Made by a program: the position numbers and the translations under genes | From: Selaginella moellendorffii | Lineage: Eukaryota; Plantae; Lycopodiophyta | DNA: 64,000 nt | NCBI RefSeq assembly: GCF_000143415.4 | Contig: NW_003314359.1 | Coordinates: 95,477 to 159,476, forward strand | Direction: 5' to 3' | Notes under the pieces: generated by a model | What the model was told of the DNA's origin: nothing | What the model saw: only the letters and a program-made list of their open reading frames with translations | Databases searched by the model: none | Shown: positions 23,261-34,400 of the stretch, piece by piece | Layout of the letters: each line of letters begins with the position of its first letter | Position numbering within the stretch: the first letter of the stretch is position 1

Positions 23261-24560
23261 ATAAACTGGATGCAAGTTTCGGAGGAGTCTGCGTTGGTGA
23301 GATCTGCTCGTCTTCATTGTTCCTCCACCGAGCCGCTCGCTGGAATGGCGTCGGAAATACTTCGACAGCATCGAGGCCATGGAAAAATGGCGGGATCACG
23401 GAATCGAGCCTGAGCGCCGCGAGGAAGAAAGGCTCAATGCCGGTTGTGATTTCTGGAGGAAATCTCTACATAGAGGTATACAGGGAGTGCCCGCAAAGCG
23501 GTAACATCTTCATACCGTGGGGGCTTTTGCTGTTGCTTGAAAGGTTCCCTCGAAAGGTCCCCAGTGTTGATTTTGTGCTCAACTGAGAAGACCGCCCAGT
23601 GATCACGCGACACTCGTTCTCTCCTTCCAGAAAATTTGGTCAGGATCATATATCCTCTAAAGTTTCTGTGGAACAGAAGGATGATCAAGCTCCAGCTCCA
23701 TTTTTTAGCTATTGCACAACCAATGATACACTTGACGTACCGTTTCCTGACCTCTCATTCTGGGAATGGTGAGAATCATGATATAACATGCATATCTAGT
23801 TATCAGGGTGAGCTTTGCAGGCCGGAGGTGGATATCCCTCCGTGGGAGGAACAGTCTCAGCCGATCGTCCCTGGCTCTTGGGAGGTGAAATGGAGCGAGA
23901 GAAAGCCGGCTGCATTTTGGAAGGGAAACTCTCGAAAGCTGTGGAGGCATCTTCTTCAGTGCCCAATCTCCGGAAACGGAAATCCTTGACCAGGTAAGCT
24001 AAGTTCAGCCTGATTGATAAAGCTGTAAGGTTTCTAGCTAGGACTGGGTACATGAATCCAGAAATGGATTTCAAGACTCATGGCTGTCACAGCAATGCAA
24101 AGACAGGTAAATGGTACCACGTTGACTTTGTTGTCCATATTTAACATTTACGTGGAAGGGGCCGCATGGTCAGCGAGCCTGAAATACCGGATGGCATGTG
24201 GCTCTACCATGTTGAACAGAGAGTTTTTCAGTGCGGGATTAACACCAAACTTGACTCAAGCTCAAAGCCAGATACAATGTGTCAAGAGATACGTGAAGCA
24301 GTCAAGTGGTATTCACTTGGGATTCTAGAATACAGTTTTTGAGATACTGTGTTTTGACAATGCCATTGTGTTCTAGGCTGAAGCAATTGGCAGGCGTGGG
24401 CAGGATTTTATAACCCAGGAATTGACAATGGACCACGTCTACAGCTATATGGTTGAGCTTTTATCACAGTATGCAAAGCTGCAGAGGTGCACTCCCACAG
24501 TACCTCATGGAACTCAGATCTTGTGTAAGGATGTAATCAAGAGCCTCTTGATGTCAAAGT
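23261..24560 (+). pseudogene. GT90/CAP10-like pseudogene (inverted, 5'-truncated paralog of copy a)
   Basis: Closely similar to the reverse complement of ~10600-11970, but with a TGC>TGA stop (FVLN*, 23584-23586), deletions and frameshifts. Begins just after the RHM 3' UTR. Confidence 0.88.
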
Positions 24561-24719
24561 ATTCCTGGGATAAAGTATAGCGGTGCATAAATCGCATTCT
24601 CATATTCAGATGTTTTAATCTACGATCAACTGTAAAAATAACTAATGCTTTGATCAAATCTTCCCAATTCTTGTGACAATTTTTCCCTTTTCGCATTTTT
24701 GTCGACATAATCTTCGTTT

Positions 24720-25245
24720 ATGGCCTGCAAACACGAAAATCCCGCCGAAGAAGAAGTGGTAGGTTCTCTGTGGTTCTTTCCAGCGTCTGGCTTGGATTCC
24801 CAGAGCGCAAGCGGCATTCTGACGCGAGTTTTCTTAACAGCAACCGGAGAAAGTTGAGCCCATGCAAGCTATTCATTACCTAGGATTGCCATCACAACTT
24901 GGAGCTCTTCTGGCTTTGATGATTCTCCGGAGTATTATTTGGCGGGACAGGCATGGTGGCTGTTGCTTTGGTGACGATGAGCTTGATGTCTACTCGATTG
25001 ATCACTTATATAGTGTCTTGCTTTTGCGTAGTGGCTATGTTTTCTCGTGGAAGCACTACGCGCCAACGAGCACCTCTACAGAAGCCTCGCACTGTCTTCT
25101 ACCTCGGCTTTCTCGTCTGAGCTATTGTGAAGTGAAATCGAGATTGATAAAATCGAGATTGGACAAATGCGACGTGTCAGCCACATGGCTGGCTGGATAC
25201 TCTGGGGAGATTGGGAGAACTTCGGCACGGATAAAGGTTTGGTGA
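24720..25245 (+). other. Unidentified spliced gene-like fragment
   Basis: ATG at 24720 gives MACKHENPAEEEV, then a GT-AG intron (~24759-24840) in frame with ORF 24862-25245. No domain recognised; it abuts a Copia remnant. Confidence 0.25.
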
Positions 25246-26265
25246 GCGCATATCCTATGTTAAGCTCGATCACCCCATTTTCAAACTGGTCCCATAGAAA
25301 GTGATGCGTTGTACCATGTGTTTTGTCTGAGAACTCAGGGATCTGCAACCTTGATTGTCGCAGTAGATTGGTGTAGGGCCAGAAAAAGTGTAGGCCATGT
25401 TGATAAGGAGGCGGCAAAGCCATATGGCTTCCTTGCATGTGAAACTAGCCACAAGCTCTACCTCACAGATGGAGCAGGCATCAATGCTCTGCTTCTTGTT
25501 GCTCCAAGAAAGAGCTGTGTTGTGTATATGATCATTGAGAATGTGGGCAGCCAGCCCAGTCGGAGTCACTAAATCCTTGACTCTGTGGCCTTGAAGAGGA
25601 GACCATAGGAAAATGTAGCTTGTAACTACCGAAAGATATGTTTAACAGCTTGCTAATGTTGATGTCCAGGATTGTCTGCTTACCAAGCTCACCGAAAAAG
25701 CAAGGTCCAGGCATATACACAAGATGAGATACATTAAGCTGGAACAGCGCTTCGGTAAGGAGCTCGGGCCATCTCACTTCACTCTTTGTCTAGAGTAGAA
25801 GGAGGCATAGTTTCAGATCTGCGACCATGGGAGTCAAAACTGGAGAGGATTTATCCATCAATATGTCCTCTATATATTTTTGTTGGTGGAGAAACAGGGA
25901 GCCATCTGATTGCCAATCAACCTGAATCCCAAGACAGTAGTGAGCTTCAAAATGAGAAGAAAAGACTTGCTTGATCTCTGCGAGAAAGGTCAAGTTGTTA
26001 CAAACTAGTCATCAATGTAGATGGCAATTTCCCACTTGTTTGTAATAAAGATTTGGATCATTCTTGCTCTTTGAAAAGCTAGAATGCATGAGAAAGTTGT
26101 CGAGCTTTTTATACCATTGTCTTGAGGCTTGTTTCAAGCTATAAATTGCCTTGTGTAGATTCTAGATATAGCTCTCTTTGCCTGGAACCTTGAATCCTTC
26201 CAGTTGCTCCATATTTCCAGCTCACCATTGAAGTAAGTTGTTTTCATGTCCATTTGATGAATGTT
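25246..26265 (-). mobile_element. Ty1/Copia RT-RNase H remnant
   Basis: Minus strand has IHQMDMKTTYFNGEL (~26260-26220), KAIYSLKQASRQWY, AIYIDD (~26015), GFSDSDWAG (~25560) and IYCDNQG (~25360), with frameshifts. Confidence 0.9.
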
Positions 26266-26815
26266 GTGTCAATTTTTTGTCGAATAATGTTTGAATTGTT
26301 GTCACCCTTTATTCTATAGTGATTTATCATAATATAACTATAGAGCTTTTAGCCATCTATCTAAGGGTAGTAAAGTGAAACTCAAGTTTCAAGGCTTTAG
26401 GGCTATTGAACAAAGGTGTAAGTAACTAAAGAAAATGATTTGAGAGATGATTTATAGAGTTTAAATATAGAAGGAAAGGGCCATGAACAAAAATGCACTC
26501 TTTTTTTTTAATTGGTTAAAAGTTTGGGATATTTGAGGTTAAATGTCCTTGGGTTTGAATAATACTAAGTTGAATAATTTCCCAAAAAGTCCAAATTCAG
26601 AAAGCGATGAAATTAAACTTTTGAGCATATAGCCAAGGAGCAAATGACCTAAAGCATGAAATGATTCTTAAGTGTTTAGCCCAAGGTGTGAAGAGATAGA
26701 AGTATAGAACAACATAAAAATAATTTTAGAGCATTTAACTTCCCAAAATTAGGAAAACAAAGCCAAATAAAATTTGGCACTATTTTAATATACTAGGGGT
26801 CTAATGCAAAGATAC

Positions 26816-27146
26816 GGGTATTCCACCAACTAACATGGAATGGAACTTATGCTTAGACCCAAGTCAGACACAGAATAAAGATAGACATGCAAGTGGGAGC
26901 TAGACTATGCCTCAGGTTGGTTAACCATGGGTACTCCACCAACTAACATGGAATGGAACTTAAACTTAAACCCAAGTTGGACGTAAAACAAGGATAAACA
27001 TGCAAGTAGGAGTTAGACCATACTTCACGTTAATTGGTTATGGGTACTCCACTGACTAGCATGGAATGGAACTTAAGTTTAGACCCAAATTGGACATAAA
27101 ACAAGGATATGAATGCAAGTGTGAGCTACATCACACCTCAAGCTGG
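26816..27146 (+). repeat. 113-bp tandem repeat x3, third unit interrupted by the LTR nest
   Basis: Units start GGGTA(T/C)TCCAC..ACTA.CATGGAATGGAACTTA at 26816, 26929 and 27042. The sequence after 53904 (TTGGTTGGCTATG) resembles the missing unit end. Confidence 0.85.
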
Positions 27147-30100
27147 TGTAAATGACTAAATTTTCATTCTACTTTAATCATTTAACCACACATTCGACCA
27201 TATGGAAGAGTCTCACTTAAAACTTTCATAAGTTCTATTCTAGACTTGGGGTTTACTAGCCTTGAGAATAACATTTATGCCACTCAACCTTTACACTTGG
27301 TCCAAGTGCTTTATGTGTCTAATCCCATGACCAACACCTAAAGGGACCACCAATATATCAGTCCGTTACGCTAAAGCTATACCCATTCACCTTTGTCACA
27401 TTAGTGGTCTAACATCACTTACATCACAGTTCTGTGGCCATCTATCCATGAGTGGAAATCCCTTGACCACCCCTTAGCACTTTTAGGATGCCTAGAGATA
27501 TGAGGAACACCCTTCCCCAATGTCCCTTCTTCCATCTCTACCAAGTCCCTCTTCATCCATAGTTGTGCTTGCCAACACTACTCCTAGGCCAAGGTTGAAA
27601 GGCCTAACCACTAAGTTCTATTGTCCTCTAGAATTTCCTCACCATATGACAGTATCCTTGGTCATTACACCAGAGGATTATTCTTCTTTCTTTTCATAAT
27701 CCGGGACTTTGGGATTATATTTCGGAACACTGTGGCTTTATGCGAGCCTCATAGGTACTTTCCCCACCTTTGCCTTTGGGTGCCCTAGCCATAGGGCTAG
27801 AGCAAAGTTCCATTGAGTTACGCTAGGTATCCAAGTAAGTAGTGCCACCCACACTTGGATTAGGAGTATCGACCATTCAATCTCCTAGGGGAGCTAAAGC
27901 CAGTTCTTGAACATTTCACCAAACTACCCCATTTGTTTCTCTATATTCACTCTAACTTTGGACTCCTCAGTGGTTATATCATCACCCAATATCAACATAT
28001 GGGTATAACCTTCCTTAATTATACTAGCCTTTCTTGGCCAAATTAGCTCCATTGGAATCCTCCCCCTATTATACTTATGGAGTTCACCAAACCCCCCAAG
28101 GTTTAAGAGATGAACGCTTTGGGCTTTCACTTTCAAACTCGGACTTGGACTTAGACTTGGACTTAAACTTGGTCTTAGTTTCGGTCTCAGTCATGGTCTC
28201 GGTCTTGGTCTTGGTATCGGTCTTGGTTTCGGTCTCGATCTCGGTCTTGGACTCCATTTTGGGTCCATCTCAGACTCATCTTGGGTCCTTCTCGAACTCC
28301 ATCTCAAACTCCATCTTGGATTCCATCTCGGGTCCATCTTGGATTCATCTCAAGTCCATTTCAGACTCCATCTCAGGTCCATTTTGGGTCCATCTCGGAC
28401 TCCACATTGGACTCCTTCTCAGATCCATCTCAGACCCCTTCTCAAATATATCTTAGACTCCTTTTCGGATTTCATCTTGACACTTCCACATGTCATGTGC
28501 TAGTCCTCTTGTGTCCCTTTTTTAGAGACTTATTTATCGCTTGTTGCATGCTCTTTCCTTGAGCACTTTGTTGAGAGTTCCACTCCCACTTTTGACTATC
28601 CAAGTTGGAGTTCTTAGTTCAAATGTGTTACACTTATTTGGGCTTTTGCTTCAGCCATTACCATATGGCACCATTTCAACTTTATTTTGGGGTTGAGGGA
28701 TTTGTGTCTCACAATTCCACCACCCATAGATAAAGTTTGATGTCCTCATTAAATGATAAATCATTTTATAGTGTAACACTATCAAATATTACCCTTTCCA
28801 TCCTTAGCACTAAAGCAATATTCGTTGATGGTTTTACACTAAAGGCTCACCATGCCTTGCCCATCTTTTAAGGAGTATAGTCTCTCTAATATAGAGACTC
28901 ATTCGACTATTTGTGGTGGTTCTCTCCCTTTATTGATTTAGTTCTTGCTAAACCTGTTAGAGACACTTTCTCTATCAATCCCACTACTTATTCTCAAGTA
29001 GTCTAAACTTTTACCGATATAACCATTGCACTTTAGAACTTTTAATTTTGACTTCTCAAAGTCAATTTCCTAAGTGTCTCCGACACCTTGCATTTTACAT
29101 ATTGTGCAAACTCCACTTCCCCATCCTAAGAAATTCTTTATTTGAGGGCACTATCATCTTCTTTTTTATTTCATGCAACCTTTGGCACTAAGTTCTAATT
29201 ATCATAATTTATGCTAGGGCTGTCTATGGCCCTATCATTTAGCTTCCTTGCCGCTCCTTCCTTTGGAGCTTCCACTCTCACCAAATTGGAGCATTTGGGA
29301 ATTTATCCTTGGAAATATATTGCCTTTTCCACAATCTATTAGCATTCAATATATTAATACTGTTTACCTAACTTTGTCATTTGGATTTCTTCCAATGATT
29401 CCTATAACCCTTTTTTGGCCATTAGTTTTTTGCTCCTATCTTTTGATTCTTGCACAAAGTAATATAGGATCACTACCTCCATCCTCAAGGTATCCTTTCG
29501 ATTCTATAGCAAAGATTTTGTTTTGCCAAGTAAGTCTTTTTAACATTTTTTGTTATGGGCTTTATCTATGGCCCAACTTTTCTAGAGATTACTTTATTAG
29601 ACTCACCATACCATCACATTAACACTACTCATTTCTCTTAGGTGTCCTTTCTACTTGGTCATTTTGACCAAGTCACACTTTTAGGTAGAAGAGTCCCATC
29701 TGGCACGACTGACTTTGATCTAATTTATAAAGCTTTAAGGCCTTATCCCAAATCAGCACTTTGAATTAGGAATCTCAATCTTTACCAAACAAATACATTG
29801 TCCTTGTTTAGCCATAAGATCACCTAGTGATCTTATCTTGACACTTTAATAAATCTATTAATAAGAATTAGGTTTTTCAGACTTGTTTGTTGTTGACTAT
29901 GACCTCGGGGGCATCCCCACACTTGGCTATGCACCCAAGCCAGCCCTTCCAACCAAAAATCAATAGCAACTGAGATTAGGTGTCCTTATCTCATTCACTA
30001 TGTTCTGTCATTTGCACTAAAGTGTTTAAGTTAGATATGTCAAGCTTTCACACTAAGCAATATAATTGTGCATTATGACTCTAGAGCATCTCTGCTTGGC

Positions 30101-31488
30101 GGTGTGCCCAAGCTTGTTTCCTCACTGAGGGTCCATGACTACTGAAAAATTAGTATCCTCATATTCCAAACCATCACCATGTTTTAGTGAATTGGGATTT
30201 GAACTTAAGCATTAGAGAGTTGGGACTCAAACCCAACCTTTGCAGATGCATTTCTAGGTGGCATCACCCAGGATGCCTAGCGTGACTCCCTATATCGGTG
30301 CACCAACTTATACTTAAAGTGTGCTACACATCATAGTTTAGGAACCTAGTTCCTCCGAAATGCCAAGTCCTTTCATTTGACAAGCCTGTGATCATGTATA
30401 AACTCTTCCATGTTTGGCCTCATGGGCCACCCCTTTTGAAGTCAACATCTTCAACTAGGGTCTTTGTTCCCTTGACTTGCCAATCTCACTTAACAAACCG
30501 TTTAACCAGCATAACATGGTTTTATGTATAAGTGTGAGTCCTTAACCATTGGCTTTCATTTAAAGCTATCTCTTTGAACACTCAGGAATTACTTCCCTAA
30601 TCTTGATAGTTTTGCCTCATGGCAAGCTTCAAGTGCTTATGCTACACTACTTTGATGTCATGTGTTCTCATGAACAATTTGCACTTGTCCTTCTAGGTAC
30701 TAACTTACCTAAAATTATTCTTAGGGGACCTTGAAGGAACTTTGTTCCTTAGTGTGTTAAGGCCTTCCTTTCGTACCACTCTTGGTTATAGCTTTTTTAC
30801 TATTTGTTTTTGCCATCACACGTTTCTTTCGGTTATTCTCCTCTAGGTTAAGAGGATAGCTTTGCACTTTCTTCTGGATATGTTCACCTTGTAATCCCAT
30901 ACACTAGGATTAATGTCATTTTGCATGTGCCTCTTTATACTTATTGCTAGTCATGCCAAAATCCCTTTTTAGCTTTGTCTAATTCAGATATATGGATTTT
31001 TCCTACCTTCGCAACCTTGGATACTGGATAGCACCTTTTATCTATTATTCGTTAGGGATTTAGTCCCTTAGGCCTTATCTAAGGCCCTCATGATATCAAA
31101 CACCACTTCTTGGTGTTTTAGAGTGTTTAAGTGTTATAATGATGGCCTTCTTTGACAATGAGCATTTCTCTTTATAACATTGACTTACTATATCGCAACA
31201 TAAGTAATTTACCCTCTTGCGGGATATATTTAGCGTTTTTATCCTAATAAGAAGTCTTGAGAAGTTAACTTCTACCAATCTACTAAATTATACCATATAT
31301 TTTACTTAGTTGCCTCATAATCGTCAAGTCCTACAACTCATTGCTAATGCTTTCACACTTCTATCATTATTTAGGTCCACACACTTGAATTGCATGCCTT
31401 CTAGTTTAGGCTATACTAATCCTATTTCCATTGGGATTCCTTTAACAAAAGGTTCTTGTGAACCAACCAACTTGACTTCAAAGCCTCA

Positions 31489-34400
31489 TGTGAGACACAA
31501 AACCCCTAGGCCCCAAAGTGGAGCTGGAAAGGGTGCCACGTGGTAGTGGCCGAAGCGAAAGCCCAAACGAGTGTAACACGTTTGGACTAAAAGCTCTGAC
31601 TTGGAAGGTCGAGAGCGGGAGTGGAACTCCCAACAAAGTGCTCAAGAAGCGAGCACGAAGCGAGCAATAAGCAAGGCTCCAAAAAGGGACCCAAAAAGGA
31701 CCAACACATGACACGTGGAAGTGTCCGAGATGGAGTCTGAGACGGACCCCAGTTGGAGTCCGAGATGGACCCGAGATGGAGTCTGATATGGAGTCTGAAG
31801 TGGAGTCCAAGACGAAGTCCGAGATGGACCCGAGATGGAGTCCGAGATGGACCCGAGATGGAGTCCGAGATGGAGTCCGAGGTGGACCGAGACGGAGTCC
31901 GAGATGGACCCGAGATGGAGTCCGAGATGGAGTCCGAGATGGACCCAAGATGGAGTCCGAGATGGAGTTCGAGATGGAGTCTAAGGTGGACCGAGACGGA
32001 GTCCGAGATGGACCCGAGATGGAGTCTGAGATGGAGTCCGAGATGGACCCGAGATAGAGTCCGAGATGGAGTCTGAGATGGAGTCCGAGATGGAGTCTGA
32101 GAAGGACCCGAGATGGAGTCCGAGGTCGAGACCGAGACCGGGACCGAGACTGAGACTGAGACTGAGACCGAGACCGGGACCGAGACCGGGACCGAGACCG
32201 AGACCGAGGCCAAGGCTGAGATCGAGCCCGAGCCCGAGCCCGAGTCCGAGTCCGAGTCCGAGTCCGAGTCCGAGTCCGAGTCCGAGTTCGAGTCTGAGAA
32301 GGTGAAAGCCCAAAGCGTTCGTCTCCCAGACCCTGGGGGGTTTGGTGAGCTCCAAAAGTATAGTAAGGGGGAGGACTGCAGTGGAGCCAGTTTGGCCAGG
32401 AAGGGCCAGTTTGGCCCAGGAAGGCCAGACTTAGTGTTGGGTGATGAACTGACCACTAGGAAGTCCAAGACTAGAGTGAATACGGACCGACAAGCAGGGT
32501 AGCTTGGTGAAGTGTTTAAGAGCCAGCTCTAGTTCCCTCGGGAGATCGACTGGCCGATGCTCCCAGTCCAAGTGTGGGTGGCACTACCTACTTGGATACC
32601 AGGTGTGGCTCAACGGAACCTCGCTCTAAGCCCATGGCTAGAGCACCTAAAGGCGAAAGGCGGGGAGAGTACCCAGGTGGCTCGCGTAAGGCCACGGTGT
32701 TCCGAAATGTTGTCCCAAAGGCCCAGACTGTGGAAAAGAAGAGGAGCAGTCCTCTGAGGTAGTGACCAAGGACACAGTTGTGTGGTGAGGAAGTCCTAGA
32801 GGACCGTGGGACTTAGTGGTTGGGCCTGTGGGCCTGGATCGAGTGGCAGTGTTGGCGAACATAGCCATGGATAGAAAAGGGACTTGGTAGGAATTGACAA
32901 AGGGACTTTGGGGAAGGCTATTCCCCAGGTCTGTGGGCATCCTAAGGATGCTAAGGAGTGGATCTAGGATGACCACTCGTGGACGGATGGCCCAGTCTCG
33001 GAGAGACGGGATTGTGATGCAAGTGCTATTGGACCACTAGTGTGGCAAAGGTGAATGGGCATGGCCTTAGCGTAATGGGCCGATATGTCAGTGGTACCTT
33101 TGGGTGTCGATCTTGGGACCGGACACGTGGAGCACTTGGACCAGGTGCAAGTGTTGAGTGGCATGGATGCCATTCTTGGGGATAGCAAGTCCCAAGTCCT
33201 AAATTGGACTTATGGAGGTTGTGAATGAGACTCCCCCAAGTGGTCAGAGGTGTGATTAAGTGACTAAAGTAGAATGGAAAAATTAGTCGCTTACAACTTG
33301 GTATCGGAGCTGTTCCTTAGTTTGACTTTTATTGGTGCTCAAGTATATCACCATTGATATTGGCATCGGAAGGTCCTAGGAGTGGGCCTATCCTTGAGGA
33401 GTAGCACATCGAGAGGACATGGCTCTCCACTCGAGTTCATGCATGAACTTGGGCACGATTTGGTGGATAGAAAAGGGGCCAGTAAGGGAACGACTTTGGG
33501 ATCTTGGGAATAGTATATGGTTTTCCTCAGAGAGTTGAGGATGTGATCCAGATGAGCGTTTGACTTAGCAAATTGGCTAATGTAGTTGTGGTAAACAACT
33601 ATAGTTGGGATCACGAGAAAGATAAAGACTCCAAAGCAATAAAGGAGTCACAAGATTATCCTCATATAGTTGAGGTTGGTGCTCATGAATGTAAGACCAG
33701 AAGTAATGACCATGGGAGGTCAAATACGGAAGAGGACTCTAGTCCTTGAAATGGTAGCCAGGGCTACCTTTAATAAATGCTGGAACAACCCAAGGAGTTG
33801 GGGGGTGTACTTAGAGATGAGTTGGTATTCTCATCACATGGACAAGTAGTCCTAAGAGGCAAAGGTTACCCCAGAGAACAAAATCAAGTGTCGGAGTAAC
33901 ACTTGTGAAAATAGTCCTTGTGAGTAGGACGTGAATGCAAGAAGTGTATTCCAGTGAGCAAGTGCCCCACAAGTAAGACCTTACGGGTCTGTGGATTAAC
34001 CAAGTCCAAAACTGCTAGATGACTCAAGTAGAGTTAAGGAATGGTCCTAAACGACTGATGGAAGCATTTAGACTGAGGTGTGTGGTACCCCACAAAGGAT
34101 GGGGGGGATCATAGGATCCAAGGATGAGAATAGAGGGTATGTCATCGATGGAAAAATGTGCCATGCTAAAGTCACGGGAAAGGTGTTCCCAAAAGAAAAC
34201 AACTTTGACACAAAGTTGTGTGTGACCTCTATGGTGCAGTGCTAACGGATGGTTAGCATGAGAAAGAGCGGTATTGGTCTTGGCAAAGACTTAGACACAA
34301 AGAAAAAGTGTCATAGAGGTAGGCTCATGGAGCCGATGGTGTGGAGACACCAAATATGCCAAGGTGTGATACCTTGAGGCTATGTTGGTGGGTTCATGAG

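Noticed and set aside
26816-27146. Regularly spaced repeat as a CRISPR-like array
   Set aside because: The whole 113-bp unit is repeated with no unique spacers, the context is eukaryotic, and no cas genes are present.
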